64,000 nt of DNA from Paraspadella gotoi (Eukaryota > Animalia > Chaetognatha): positions 22,102,529 to 22,166,528 of the forward strand of contig CM119270.1 of NCBI GenBank assembly GCA_051294375.1, read 5' to 3'. Each line of letters begins with the position of its first letter. Position 1 is the first letter of the stretch. Below, piece after piece: positions 1-13,785 of the stretch. Below the pieces are notes generated by a model that was not told where the DNA came from, did no database searches, and saw nothing but the letters and a program-made list of their open reading frames with translations. The position numbers were made by a program, and so were the translations under genes.

Positions 1-239
1 TCCATTTTCTTTTTTTCCCTTTTTCCTCCATTTCCTCTCTTTTCCACATTCCTCCATTTACTTTCTTTTTCCTTTTTCTTCAATTTTCTCTCTTTTCCAC
101 TTTCCTCCATTTTCTTTCTTTTTCTTTTTTCCTCCATTTTCTTTCTTTTTCCTTTTTCCTCCATTTCCTCCGTTTTGTCCTCTTTCCTTCCTTCTGAATA
201 GAAACCAGTGAGTTGAGGCTGATTGCGCGGACCCGAGAG

Positions 240-290
<51 letters not shown>

Positions 291-439
291 TACGGAGTAA
301 GATAGAGAGTAAGAGAGTGAGAGATTAAGAGAGCGACTGGTATTTGCAAACCAGGATAAAGATTTTCCGTCTGATTGGCTCATTTTGACTTTATTTTCGG
401 TTCAGGGAATAAGTATTTAAGCGAACATTTCAATGTTGT

Positions 440-521
440 TATCCTTATAAATTGGTACAACCAATATAAAAATTATCCATCCATTTAATAAATAAGCTAT
501 CTTGTCCCTGACTTTGGACAG
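440..521 (+). repeat. Short dispersed repeat (~85 bp) ending in a small hairpin
   Basis: TTGGTACAACCAATATAAAAATTATCCAT...GCTATCTTGTCCCTGACTTTGGACAG. Related copies at ~46940-47022 (+) and ~57300-57370 (-); partial copies at ~18955, ~33130 (-) and ~56530. Confidence 0.7.
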
Positions 522-691
522 TCTTTAGTGATTTAAGGTGGTTTATATACTAGACTAACATTAATAGTACTACTTATGTAGAAAAAAAATATAAAAATTA
601 TCCACTCATTTATTAAATTAGCTATCTTGCCCCTGAATTTGGCCTGGCTAAGGTGGTTTAAGGCCTCAATCACTCTTACAAAATTATCACA

Positions 692-895
692 NNNNNNNNN
701 NNNNNNNNNNNNNNNNNNNNNNNNNNNNNNNNNNNNNNNNNNNNNNNNNNNNNNNNNNNNNNNNNNNNNNNNNNNNNNNNNNNNNNNNNNNNNNNNNNNN
801 NNNNNNNNNNNNNNNNNNNNNNNNNNNNNNNNNNNNNNNNNNNNNNNNNNNNNNNNNNNNNNNNNNNNNNNNNNNNNNNNNNNNNNNNNNNNNNN
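692..895. other. Assembly gap (204 N)
   Basis: Run of N. Other gaps: 10468-10492, 22436-22460 and 46575-46599 (25 N each) and 37791-37800 (10 N). Confidence 0.99.
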
Positions 896-1061
896 GTATG
901 AAAAGACCACTCCCTTAAGTATTAGATCGGAGAATCCTTTATTGTACTTCGCATCAAAATACAAGAAGATGAATTTTATGTATTATTTTTTTATTGTTTT
1001 AATTTTAAACATTTTTTTTCATTTAATTATCACTTTCTTTCTCTATTCTATATTTGTTTCT

Positions 1062-1094
<33 letters not shown>

Positions 1095-1299
1095 CTTTTG
1101 TCTGCATTCGAATATCATGAAATTCATTTTTTTTTATTTCTCCAATTTCTTCCGCCAGAGGGAGGGAGAGAAAAAGAGAGAGAGAGAGAGAGACAGAGAG
1201 ACAGAGAGAGAGAGAGAGAGATGGTGCTTTGCCTTTGTGTTCGAACTGGTTGATGTTTTTCCCTCGATATATGTAGTTTCATGTCTTTCTTTCTTTCCT

Positions 1300-1371
<72 letters not shown>

Positions 1372-1389
1372 TCCTTCTTTTCCTTCATT

Positions 1390-2012
1390 CCTTCATTTAT
1401 GGTCTGAGATTGAGTTTCTCTTCTTACACGAGGCCGCAATTTCTTTTCGATTCGATGTCACACATGTCACCCTGAAACCCGGTTACCGGGTGACATCCCC
1501 AAAGAAATATTTCCAAAATTGAAATTTCCCCAGATATTTCTTTCAATTCATTCTCGGAATTCTGACTAGAATTGATCCCAACAGACTGACCAGATTTTAA
1601 ATTACAAACGACATATAAAAAAAAAGCTTAGTGTGGAAGTCGATGCCACAAGCAGTTCACAACTGACCAACCTCATTTTTAATGACTGCCTGAATGAATA
1701 TGAATGAATTCATACTTTAACTAATTGTCTGACTAATATTAATTTCATGCAGTCTCACCTACTTCAGTCTCACCTACTGCAGTCTCACCTACTGCGCCGA
1801 TAACGACGCCGACGACGACGATGAGAGCAACGACAAAAATCAACGAATTAAAAATGAAAGTCGAATTTTGGTTCGACAGGCGCACGGAGCCTGCGGCGAC
1901 CGCAGCAGGAAACGCCACCACTGTCGCCACTGTAGTTGCGCAAATGCTGTAGTCATTTGTCCTGTTGTTGTCATTGCGGTCGTCATCTTTGCTGTTGTAG
2001 TCATCGTTTTGA
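1390..2012 (-). pseudogene. Diverged local duplicate of the 3' end of the 13.8-15.2 kb exon (TM-coding part) plus adjacent intron
   Basis: 1390-1890 matches ~13080-13580 with substitution-type differences. 1890-2010 matches parts of 13888-14097. Encodes NSTFIFNSLIFVVALIVVVGVVIGAVG, but with a 1-nt insertion relative to the long ORF, which shifts the upstream frame. Confidence 0.6.
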
Positions 2013-2136
2013 ATGAGAGGGAGGGAGATAAAAAAAAGAGAGAGAGATAGTGCTTTTCCTTTGTGTTTGGACTCTGTCGTGGTTTTTCCCTTGATATATA
2101 GTAGTAGTTTCATGTCTTTCTTTCTTTCTTTTTTTT

Positions 2137-2232
<96 letters not shown>

Positions 2233-2584
2233 ATCATAGATTTTTACATAACAAAAATAAGATAAATAGAGTAACAAAATTCAAAAGTAATTACTATAAA
2301 AATAGATTTTGTCTGCATCAAATTAGAGAACAGCAAAAACTAAAACATTCAGAATTTTAGATAAAACGAAGACGAATTTTCTCTCCTATTTATTCCTATA
2401 TCTCAAAGCTACAAGTAATACGAGAAAGTTACATTAGTTAATTCATCACAGAAGTCACATTATTTAAGTCACATTAGTCAAAGTCACATATTACTCCACT
2501 CACCCGTTGTGCCCAATAACTGCGACTCGAAATCACTCCGTTTAAAGAACCCAATAGACGCCACACGGATTTAAGTGAAAAATG

Positions 2585-2790
2585 TTTTAAGTTGCGCCGC
2601 GAGTACTCGCGGAGCAACTCTTTAAGTCACTTTTCGGTCGGTCTGTCGGTTGCTCTGTCGGCCGGTCTGTCTGTCTGTCCGACTTACTTTAAAATGCACA
2701 TGATTGCTCTTTTGTTAAGACAGAAAAAACTCAAATCTCAGACACTGCTAGCGCCACCTTCAGGAAATCCTAAAACTAAAATGAAATAAA
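2585..2790 (+). mobile_element. Helentron-associated HINE/DINE-1-like non-autonomous element
   Basis: T-rich start, near-perfect 28-bp palindrome GTTGCGCCGCGAGTACTCGCGGAGCAAC (2591-2618), then a (GTCG/GTCT)n core microsatellite. A second partial copy lies at ~2978-3120. Confidence 0.6.
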
Positions 2791-3314
2791 AGATGGAATT
2801 TTGATGCAGTGCATGTTATAAATATATAGGCAATAAAATTATTGTAGTCATGTAGTCATGTTATGTCATATCATGTTTTTTTAAGTCATGTTATGTCATG
2901 TTATGTCCCGTCATGTTATGTCATAAGAAATAAACGTGATAAGGCAGTCTCTACAACACATTTGATTTATCAATCTTGTAAGTCACTTTTCGGTCTGTTG
3001 GTCTGTCGGTATGTCTGTCCATTGGACTGTCCCACTTACGTTAAAAACGCTTATAACTTGCCTATAGTTTGTTGCCCATTTATTAAAAATCAAATCTAAG
3101 CGACTACTGGCGCCGCCTTTTGTTTTTAAAGAAATCTTATAAACTATAAGGAATAAATAACATGATAACTAAAAAGAAAAGTAATATGGCGCATCAGCTT
3201 GGAATAACCGTTCCTTGTTTCTCCCAATCATCAAATCCGTAAAAATGAGTGAGAAAAAAAAAGGAAAGAAAATGAAACCTTGCAAGACGAAAACATAAAT
3301 CAATGGGAAGTAGA

Positions 3315-3346
<32 letters not shown>

Positions 3347-3358
3347 CAGAGACAGAGA

Positions 3359-3408
<50 letters not shown>

Positions 3409-3619
3409 GAGAGACCAATGGGCCTCAATGCTTCGTCCCTTCATTCCTCAGATCGACCGAGATTTGTTCCTATTTCTTATCATTAATCCTTCATAAAACT
3501 CGGGCGATTTTAACGCCGTGACAACCTGTCACTTCTCAAGTTGTCACGTTTGCTACGTTTACCACGTTGCCATTTCGGCCATATTATCAAAGGACGCCCC
3601 TTTTCAGCTTTGGGAATAT

Positions 3620-3986
3620 TTTAATTACTCGTCAAAAGTTGATAAAAGAAAATATGAATCATTTTGAAAGAAAATACTACGTAGGTACTACTACTAAAAA
3701 TACTACTTAAGTAGGGTTAAAATTTTTAAAAAAATTTAATATGTAAAAATTTAATTTTGTGCTAAAATATATGTTTTTTATTTTTGACCAAAATCTGCAA
3801 AAATTACTCCAAAAAACATTTTAAAATTTTAACATTATAGGGTTAGAACTATGTAAAAATATAGGTTACTGCGTAAATTGTAAAAATCATAATACATTTT
3901 GTTAATACATTAATGTTGTACAGTGATTTACATTACTCACTTTACAATCTTAATTAAATTTAAACTTTTAATTTTTACTACGCTTT
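3620..3986 (-). mobile_element. Partial copy of the Kolobok-like element family seen at 19024-19591
   Basis: Ends in TTTTACTACGC (reverse complement of the GCGTAGTAAAA terminus). Internal similarity to 19024-19430. Confidence 0.55.
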
Positions 3987-4150
3987 ATTTATTGGTCAAA
4001 ATTATTAACCCTTTTTACAATAGTAACTTAAATTTATATTCGATGTTATGAGATAATAAAATAACGCGGGATACTTAACAAGAGTTAGAGAGAGAGAGGG
4101 AGAGATAGAAAGAGAGAGAGAGAGAGAGAGAGAGAAAAAAAGAGAGAGAT

Positions 4151-4802
4151 TCAATATATAAAACACATACAACACATGAAATAAAATGTAAATTAAAATT
4201 TAAAACTAAAAAGAACAAATGATAAGAAGTATTAATCAATCATATTTGCCGCAAACCGAAGATTTTAAAAAAGATCGAATTTGACTACGTTTCTGCGCCA
4301 TTTGGCTTCGGTGGTAACGATTAGCTGATACTTCCTAACATTCTGCTCTCTCTATATATATCTCTGCGCCGGTCGTTCTCTCTCCGGGTCTCTCTCTCTC
4401 TCTCCTCTCGTCTATCTCTCTCATCTCTCGTGCCTCTCCGTTTCTCTCTCTCTCTTCTCTCTCTCTCTCTCTCCCTCTATCTCTCTTTCTCTCTTTCTCG
4501 TCTTTCTCTCATCTTTCTCTACTCTCCTCGGCTCTTCGTCTTCTCTCTCTCTCCTCTGCTCCCGACGCGCCACGCGCTCTTCCATTTTCTCTTCGCCACT
4601 TGGATAACGTCGACGTCTTTTCGTCCATTAACATCGTCCAGAATTAATCGTCGTCGTCGTCATCGTTGTCGTCGACATTGTCGTCATCCGTCGTCGTCGT
4701 CGTTGCCTTGATCTGACCGCTCACAAATGGATAATCGGTTGTTTTATTTCCGGCGCAGTTTTAACACGTCGCCAACTCGCATAGAATTCAGCGTGTGAAA
4801 AA

Positions 4803-4849
<47 letters not shown>

Positions 4850-7800
4850 TCTCTTCTGCTCTCTGCTCTCTCTCTCTCTGCTCTCTCTTCCTCTCCCTTT
4901 TCTTCATGTATCTCGCAATTTCAAATATATCTAAAATTTGGTTTATTTTTTTAAGCCAGAGTTATTCTAACTGGATTTATAACATTTTTTTTTTTTGTTT
5001 TTTTTTTAACGTCATTTTAAACTTTATATTACCTTACTTTGTTTATAACTTTCATATAATTAACTTTTTTTGTTTTAATAAAAAAAGCCAAAAAATCTTC
5101 AACTGTACTAAGTAAACCAAAGTGTGAACAAATTAGTTTAATTCTTACGGACAACAGAATAAAAAATCCTGAAGTCATTTTCCAATCTGAATCTAGATAA
5201 CTCATTCCTTCATCTGTGACAATCACATTCATTCTCTGGTCACAACTCAAATTCATTCATCTGTCACAACTCATTCATTCATTTTCTTCAATTTTCGTCC
5301 ATAACATCTTAATAATTTTTCATAAAAGATTATAATTTTTTTTCCCAAAAGTTTTCTTCTAAATTTTAATTCTTCACGTTTTTTTGGCTTTCAACTTCAT
5401 CTGGATCTTAATTTTTTTACTTTTTCGAAATTAAATCGGCTTAAAAATTTCTAAAAAAAATTAATTAAAACTAAAACTAACAAAAAGTTGAATTTTTGCG
5501 CAAAAACGAACTATTTTTTTTCTTTTGTCGCCAATTTGGTTTCATTCAAAGGACGGACGACGACGACGACAGAACGACGACGACCTACGAACGACGACGA
5601 CCACAAAGCGTACAAATTAAAGGCGCCTTTTCTTTTCAAAATCTCGCGCCAATTTAATTTCAAATCTTCCGCGCCAATTTTCATTCACGTGTTTAATTAA
5701 TCGGCGAATTAAATTTATTCGCTTTTTTTTGTTCGAAAGTTTTTCAATTTTATAGAAGAAAATAATATACGATCGGAGGAAAGATAAATTTGTTTATTTA
5801 AAAGTGACGACACAGAAGCGACAAAAACTAAAACTAAAGATTACGCCAAACAATGCGAGTCAAGCTAAAGTTGCGACAAAGATTGCGTTCACTATATATA
5901 AAGATACAGCCTAATAGATCTATTGAATGTTTCGAGACGCAAAGCTGAAGATGCGATCAGATATGCGATCAAGCAGAAGATGCCGATTAGAGATGCGATC
6001 AAAACTGAAGATTCGATCACAGATGCCGATCAAAGCCACAAATGACGCAAAATCTTCTTTCGGTTCAGTTCATAAAATCGCGCCAATATGGCAAAACGCG
6101 GCCGCGATTTAAACGTCAAAGTCGAGAACCGGCGCCATAAATTTCGCGCAGTTTTTCGGACGCGTAAAAGTCGTTTTTGTTTTCGACGCAAGAAACACAG
6201 AAACTAAATAAGAAACAAGATACAAAGAACAAAAAGAAAAAGGAATCGAATTTTGCGTCGAAAATTGAAAAAGAAAAGAAAAATTTTTTGATCGAAAAGA
6301 AGAAAACAGACGTACGACGTCACGAAATGCCAGTCAAATGACGCTGTTGCCACGTCAATTGACGCTGTTTACACGCCCATTGACCGCCGTAGACATAACT
6401 GCGTCGCCGACGCCTCCTCGACCGGGTGTCACTGCAAAGACCACCAGCGCGCGGCTTCCCTGGCGCCGCCAATTCCTCTGGGACTATCGGAGGAAACTAG
6501 ATTTTCGCCAAAACGAACCATGGCGGATTTCAATTCCAATATAAATTTTATTTCGACGAAAAAAGAAAAGAGAAAAGAAAGGGAAAAACAGAGAGGGAGA
6601 AGCAAGAGAGAGAAGAGAGAGAGAGAGAGAATAGGGTTACAAATAAAAGAGAAGAAGTTGTAGTTACACAGAAGGAATGGCAATTGCCTACATACGACGT
6701 CAAAAAGAAAATAAATTCCGTATACTTATTCGAAAAAGCAGAATCTTCTGACAAAAATGTCGCTCTAGTGATATCATCACAAAATTGTCAACCCCGATAC
6801 TATTCACATATTCAAACACTGATTATATCACAAATGTCACTTGATGCCATTTCCTGGAAATGGCAATTATTACATTCCAAATTCAGTTCCTTTAGGACTG
6901 AAAAGAATGAAACTTTGCGCAATCTGCCAAGTTCACGTAACCATTCAGTCAGCCAGTCTAGTCTATGCCATATTTAAGTCCCGAGTCCATTCGAAACGTT
7001 GACTACAACAGCAATTTCATCAACTACAGGCAATTGTAGCAACTACAGAATTACAGCAAGAAACCAACGTCAAAAAATTCAAGAAAGAAACTCAAACGAA
7101 CAATGACAGGAAGGATCCAAAACAAAACAACAAAAAGTGGCAGCGGGCGACAGCGGCGGCTTCTGCTGCGGGTCCGCCGCAGGCTCCGCACGCCGTCGAA
7201 CCGACAATTTCGAACTTTTTCATTTTTAATTCGTTAATTTTCCTTTGGCGCTCTCATCGTCGTCGTCGGCGTCGTTTGGCGGCGCAGTAGGTGAGGTTGT
7301 TTTCCTCCTGTTTCTTTCTCTTTGGTTTTTTGTTTTTTATGTTTTTTATTGTTAAGAAAAGAAGATTAATGTCGTCTGGTCATTTAGTTTGAATGAGAAC
7401 TGGTGTGAAATTGAAAATATTAGTCCAGACAATTAGTCATTGCAGTAGTCAGTCATTAATAATGAGGTTGGTCCTTTGTGAACTACTCGGTGCATCGTCT
7501 TCCTGCAGGCTCCGTGTCGCCTGTCGAACCACAAATTCGACTTTCATTTTTAATTCGTTAATTCTTCCGGTTGCTCTCATCGTCGTTCGTCGGCGTCGTC
7601 CCAATCGGCCGCAGTAGGTGAGACTGCAGTAGCGCTGAGACTGAGTAGGTGTACGACTGCATGAACATTAATATATCAGACAATTTAGTTAAAGTATGAA
7701 TTCATTCATATTATTCAGGCAGTCATTAAAAATGAGGTTGGTTCAGTTGTGAACTGCTTGTGGCAATCGTCTTCCACACTAAACTTTTTTTTACCATGTC

Positions 7801-8057
7801 GTTTGTAATTTAAAATCTGGTCAGTCTGTTGGGGATCAATTCTAGTCAGAATTCCGAGAATGAATTGAAAGAAATATCTGGGGAAAATTTTCAATTTTGG
7901 AAATCTTTCTTTGGGGATTCACCCAGTAACCGGGTTACAGGGTGACATGGTGTAACATCGCAATCGAAAAAAGAAATTGCGGGCGTTGTGTAAGAAGAGA
8001 AACTCAATCTCAGACCATAAATGAAGGAGTGAAGAGCGAGAGAGAGAGGAAGAGAGA

Positions 8058-8089
<32 letters not shown>

Positions 8090-9249
8090 TAGCGAGACAG
8101 AGACAGAAAAAGAAAAAAAAAGAGAGTTGCACCAATGTTGATGGCAACACTTCAATTTTTAATAGATTGCGTCTTTTTTTTATGACAGTACGTGTTCCCC
8201 TTTCCTTCCCTTTGCTTAGAGAGAGAGAGAGATGGAAGAAGGAGAGAATCTAAGATGGGAAGTGTTAATAATTTTGTTATTTTTTTTTTAAACTTAAAAT
8301 ATTTAAAACAAGTCAATATAATTAGCATAGCCGATGAAATTAAAATGCTAATGTATACAGCATTAAAATAATCTATCATGACCATAGATTATGGTATTAA
8401 AATATTTTTTTGTCAAAAATACTCGCCTCTAATTAAAAAATATTATATTACTAAATAGAGGAAAAAATATTTTAAAAATCTTAAAATTGTTTGCATGAAT
8501 TCTCGATATAGCGATAAAAAGTTAAACAAGAATATAAAATTACAGCTTTTAAAAAATTCTTACGTTTTCTCTGAGTGAAAATATAAAAAAACTGATAAAA
8601 TCATCGAAAGATGATGATGATGATGATTTTTTACAGTTTTTCTTATTTTTGACATACTTATCGTAAAAATATTTAAAAAAGATCAAATACTTTGTGAAGA
8701 CAACTTTTTATGAGCTATCTGAATCTGGTCTTAAATTCAAAAAATTTCAAAAAAAAATTTTGGCCTTTCCTTTCTATAAATAAATATTAAAAAATTAATT
8801 ACTAGGGTATAGAGCCATATTAAAAAATTTTTTGTCCATTTAAAGTATTCTTAAAAATGTCTAAATATTTTCGTTTGAGCATGTACTCACTCAAAATTTT
8901 TACTCACCCCATTGAGTGCGGCTACCCCTAATAATATGAATATCGCCAGAGTACTACATTAATTTTGCTGTAAAAATTTATAAACGCCTATATTTATGTA
9001 TGTTTGTTTTCAAAAAATGTATATAGTAAAATCTTTTTAAAGTTTAAAGGTAAAGTATGCAGTTAAAAAAACCTCATTTTGATAAGTGACTGTTTATTAA
9101 CCATAAATTGTTCAGGTAAAATGTTTCTTTTTTTATCAATTTTAGAATAATTTGAATATTTTATTTTTGGCTAAAAAATCACATTTTGAGTCAATTTTGT
9201 ATTTTTTTTTGTTTTCGGTGAAAATGTTCTCAAACGCCTGTGTAATGGT

Positions 9250-9299
<50 letters not shown>

Positions 9300-9438
9300 G
9301 TTTTTTAGTACCATTTATGAAAACTCAAAAAAACTATTAATACTTACAAATTATAAAATAAGGTAGCCTTTTAGGGCAGTTTAAAAGTACAAGCCTAAAG
9401 CTCGCACTTTTGGTTTTTTCAATTTCAATTTTTCAATT

Positions 9439-9470
<32 letters not shown>

Positions 9471-10102
9471 CGTCTCTCTCTCTCTCTTCTCTCTCTCCAT
9501 CTATCGAAGCACGTTTATCTCAATACATCTCTTGGTCAGTTTTTTTTTCTTTTCTTCCAATGAGAAATTTTTCTCTAATTTTTCTCTCAATTTATCACTG
9601 AAATCCATTTTCCTCTTGGCCTCACATTAGTCTCACATTAGGTATCACATTAGTCTCAAAATTAGTCTTTACATTCGTCTCACAATATTATCACATTAAT
9701 CTCACGTAAGTCAAACATTAGTCTTACACTGGTTCCACCTTAGTCTCACAATTGTATCACATTTTTCTCACAATTCGCCATCGCCTAAGACTAATATTAG
9801 ACTCAACTGGCTACACATTAGTCTCACATTATTATCACATTCAGGGTTAGGGTTAGTCACACTTCATTCATATTAGTCTCACCATAGGTTTTATTTTTCC
9901 GCCGCACACTCATGCGCTGCATGTTGCTGTACATAGTCCTACTTAATTACAATCATTGCGTACCACATCAGACTTTAAAACATTATCATAAATATGGCAA
10001 CACGCTTATCTTACATACATAATCACCACAGAAATTCACAGAAATACACTGTAAATAGGCATTCGAAAAAGGTTAAGAGATTGATTTGACTTTGTAAAAA
10101 CG

Positions 10103-10154
<52 letters not shown>

Positions 10155-10357
10155 TATTTCTCTCCTATACACCATTTAGTTTTTTGTCACTCATAAACTT
10201 AGCCAGTTTTTGGTTGATTACACTAAAAATTCTCACTTTTTTTATCTTCAGATCTCGAGCGTCCGTTTTCCGTTTCTCCACAGGCAATAACCTAAGCCTA
10301 ATCCCTGTCGATTCCCTTTAACTATCACCAAACCTCCTAAGTTTTATCTCTCTCTCG

Positions 10358-10394
<37 letters not shown>

Positions 10395-10747
10395 ATCTAA
10401 TCTATCTCTCTCTCTCCTTTTTTTTTCTCTCTCTCTCTCTCCTATTTCTCTCTCTCTCTTTCTCCAANNNNNNNNNNNNNNNNNNNNNNNNNTTCTCCTT
10501 CTCTTTCTCTCTCTATCGTATCTATCTCTCTCTCTCCTTTTTTTTTCTCTCTCTCTCTCTCCCTATTTCTCTCTCTCTTCTTTCTCCAATCTCTCTTCTC
10601 TCTCTCTCTTTATCCCTTCTCTCTCTCTCTCTCGTCTCCTCTCTCTCTCTCTCTTTCTATCCTCCCTCTCTCTCTCTCTAACTCTTTGTTTAAGTATTCC
10701 CGCGTTATTTTTATTATCTCATAACATCGAATTATAAATTTAAGTTA
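4151..10747 (-). repeat. Indel-rich inverted duplicate of ~10790-16728 plus ~4025-4140 (probable misassembly)
   Basis: 4151-10350 is the reverse complement of 16728-10790, and 10680-10747 is the reverse complement of ~4025-4085. Dense single-base indels destroy the 510-aa ORF in this copy. Contains a 25-N gap with the same sequence on both sides. Confidence 0.85.
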
Positions 10748-10754
10748 TCTCTCT

Positions 10755-10792
<38 letters not shown>

Positions 10793-10978
10793 AACTTAGG
10801 AGGTTTGGTGATAGTTAAAGGGAATCGACAGGGATTAGCTTAGGTTATTGCCTGTGAGAACGGAAAACGGACGCTCGAGATCTGAAGATAAAAAAAATGA
10901 GAATTTTTATGTGTGATCAACCAAAAACTGGCTAAGTTTATGAGTGACAAAAAACTAAATAGTGTGTATAGGAGAGAA

Positions 10979-11024
<46 letters not shown>

Positions 11025-11229
11025 GTTTTACAAAGTCAAATCAATCTCTTAACCTTTTTCAATGCCTATTTACAGTGTGATTTCTGTGAATTTCTGTGGT
11101 GATATGTATGTAAGATAAGCGTGTTGCCATATTTATGATAATGTTTAAAGTCTGATGTGGTACGCAATGATTGTAATTAAGTTAGACTATGTACAGCAAC
11201 ATGCAGCATGAGTGGCGAAAAATAAAACC

Positions 11230-11492
11230 TATGGTGAGACTAATATGAATGAAGTGTGACTAACCCTAACCCTAATGTGATAATAATGTGAGACTAATGT
11301 GTAGCCAGCTTGAGTCTAATATTAGTCTTAGGCGAGGCGAATGTGAGAAAAATGTGATACAATTGTGAGACTAATGTGGAACCAGTGTAAGACTAATGTT
11401 TGACTTACGTGAGATTAATGTGATAATATTGTGAGACGAATGTAAAGACTAATTTTAGACTAATGTGATACTAATGTGAGACTAATGTGAGG
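11230..11492 (+). repeat. 11-bp minisatellite (AGACTAATGTG)n, degenerate
   Basis: Repeated GAGACTAATGTG/GATAATAATGTG units, mirrored at ~9620-9880. Confidence 0.8.
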
Positions 11493-11611
11493 CCAAGAGG
11501 AAAATGGATTTCAGTGATAAATTGAGAGAAAAATTAAGAGAAAAATTCTCATTGGAAGAAAAAGAAAAAAAAACTGACCAAGAGATGTATTGAGATAAAA
11601 CGTGTTCGATA

Positions 11612-11670
<59 letters not shown>

Positions 11671-11797
11671 TGAAATTGAAATTGAAAAACAAAAGTGCGA
11701 GCTTTAGGCTTGTACTTTAAACTGCCCTAAAAAGCTACCTTATTTTATAATTTGTAAGTATTAATAGTTTTTTTGAGTTTTCATAAATGGTACTAAA

Positions 11798-11862
<65 letters not shown>

Positions 11863-12180
11863 ACCATTACACAGGCGTTTGAGAACATTTTTTCACGAAA
11901 ACAAAAAAAAATACAAAATTGACTCAAAATTGTGATTTTTTAGCCAAAATAAAATATTCAAATTATTCTAAAATTGATAAAAAAAGAAACATTTTACCTG
12001 AACAATTTATGGGTTAATAAACAGTCACTTATCAAAATGAGGTTTTTTTTTAACTCATACTTTACCTTTAAACTTTAAAAAGATTTTACTATATACATTT
12101 TTAAAACAAACATACATAAATATAGGCGTTTATAAATTTTTACAGCAAAATTATGTAGTACTCTGGCGATATTCATATTA

Positions 12181-12788
12181 TTAGGGGTAGCCGCACTCAA
12201 TGGGGTGAGTAAAAAATTTTGAGTGAGTACATGCTCAAACGAATATTTAGACATTTTTAAGAATACTTTAAATGGACAAAAAATTTTTTAATATGGCTCT
12301 ATACCCTAGTAATTAATTTTTTAATATTTATTTATAGAAAGGAAAGGCCAAAATTTTTTTTTGAATTTTTTGAACTTTAAGACCAGATTCAGATTAGCTC
12401 ATAAAAAGTTGTCTTCACAAAGTATTTGATCTTTTTTAAATATATTTTACGATAAGTATGTCAAAAATTAAGAAAAAACTGTAAAAAATCATCATCATCA
12501 TCATCTTTGATGATTTTATCAGTTTTTTTATATTTTCACTCAGGAAAACGTAAGAATTTTTAAAAGCTGTAATTTATATTCTTGTTTAACTTTTTATCGC
12601 TAATATCGAGAATTCATCAAACAATTTTAAGATTTTTAAAAAATATTTTTTCCTCTATTTAGTAATATAATATTTTTAATTAGGCGAGTATTTTTGACAA
12701 AAAATATTTTAATACCATAATCTATGGTCATGATAGATTATTTTAATGCTGTATACATTAGCATTTTAATTTCATCGGCTATGGCTAA
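12181..12788 (-). mobile_element. MITE-like element with short imperfect TIRs TAG(GGG/CCA)TAGCCG
   Basis: Ends are TAGGGGTAGCCGCACTC and ATCGGCTATGGCTA. Same family at 48613-49075 (+), ~16830-17375 (-, partial) and ~62180-62400 (partial). TSD ambiguous (possibly TA). Confidence 0.65.
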
Positions 12789-13020
12789 TTATATGACTTT
12801 GTTTTTTAAATATTTTAAGTTTAAAAAAAAATAACAAAATTATTAACACTTCCATCTTAGATTCTCTCTCTCTCTCCATCTCTCTCTCTCTCTAAGCAAA
12901 GGGAAGGAAAGGGGAACACGTACTGTCATAAAAAAAAGACGCAATCTATAAAAAATTGAAGTGTTGCCATCAACATTGGTGCAACTCTCTTTTTTTTTCT
13001 TTTCTGTCTCTGTCTCGCTA

Positions 13021-13073
<53 letters not shown>

Positions 13074-13785
13074 CTTCACCTCATTTATGGTCTGAGATTG
13101 AGTTTCTCTTCTTACACAACGCCGCAATTTCTTTTCGATTCGATGTTACACCTGTCACCCTGTAACCCGGTTACTGGGTGACATCCCCAAAGAAAGATTT
13201 CCAAAATTGAAATTTTCCCAGATATTTCTTTCAATTCATTCTCGGAATTCTGACTAGAATTTGATCCCACCAGACTGACCAGATTTTAAATTACAAACGA
13301 CATGTAAAAAAAAGTTTAGTGTGGAAGACGATGCCACAAGCAGTTCACAACTGACCAACCTCATTTTTAATGACTGCCTGAATGAATATGAATGAATTCA
13401 TACTTTAACTAATTGTCTGACTAATATTAATTTCATGCAGTCTCACCTACTTCAGTCTCACCTACTGCAGTCTCACCTACTGCAACGATGACGACGCCGA
13501 CGACGACGATGAGAGCAACGACGAAAATTAACGAATTAAAAATGAAAGTCGAATTTTGGTTCGACAGGCGCACGGAGCCTGCAGAAGACGATGACCCGAG
13601 TAGTTCACAGCTGACCAACCTCATTATTAATGACTGACTACTGAATGACTAATTGTCTGACTAATATTAATTTCACACAGTCTCATTCAACTAAATGACC
13701 AGACGACATTAATCTTCTTTTTCTTAACAATAAAAACATAAAAAACAAAAAACAAAGAGAAAAGAAAACAGAGAAAACAACTCAC

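Noticed and set aside
3585-3592. TCF/LEF-type site (ATCAAAGG), with similar motifs at ~31027 and ~60900, suggesting Wnt feedback
   Set aside because: Short motifs at roughly background frequency, with no clustering or conservation evidence.
5800-7350. Apparent frameshifted paralogue or pseudogene of the 510-aa ORF on the + strand
   Set aside because: It lies in the indel-rich inverted duplicate, and the error pattern fits a raw long read.
10747-10766. ATCTCTCTCTTGAGAGAGAG at the inversion junction resembles a SMRTbell adapter stem
   Set aside because: The adapter loop is missing and (AG)n is ubiquitous here, so it is not diagnostic.
13153-13183. 31-bp palindrome TGTCACCCTGTAACCCGGTTACTGGGTGACA as a Helitron end that captured the TM exon
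   Set aside because: Homology between the duplicates continues past the hairpin and no terminal CTRR follows, so gene capture is unsupported.
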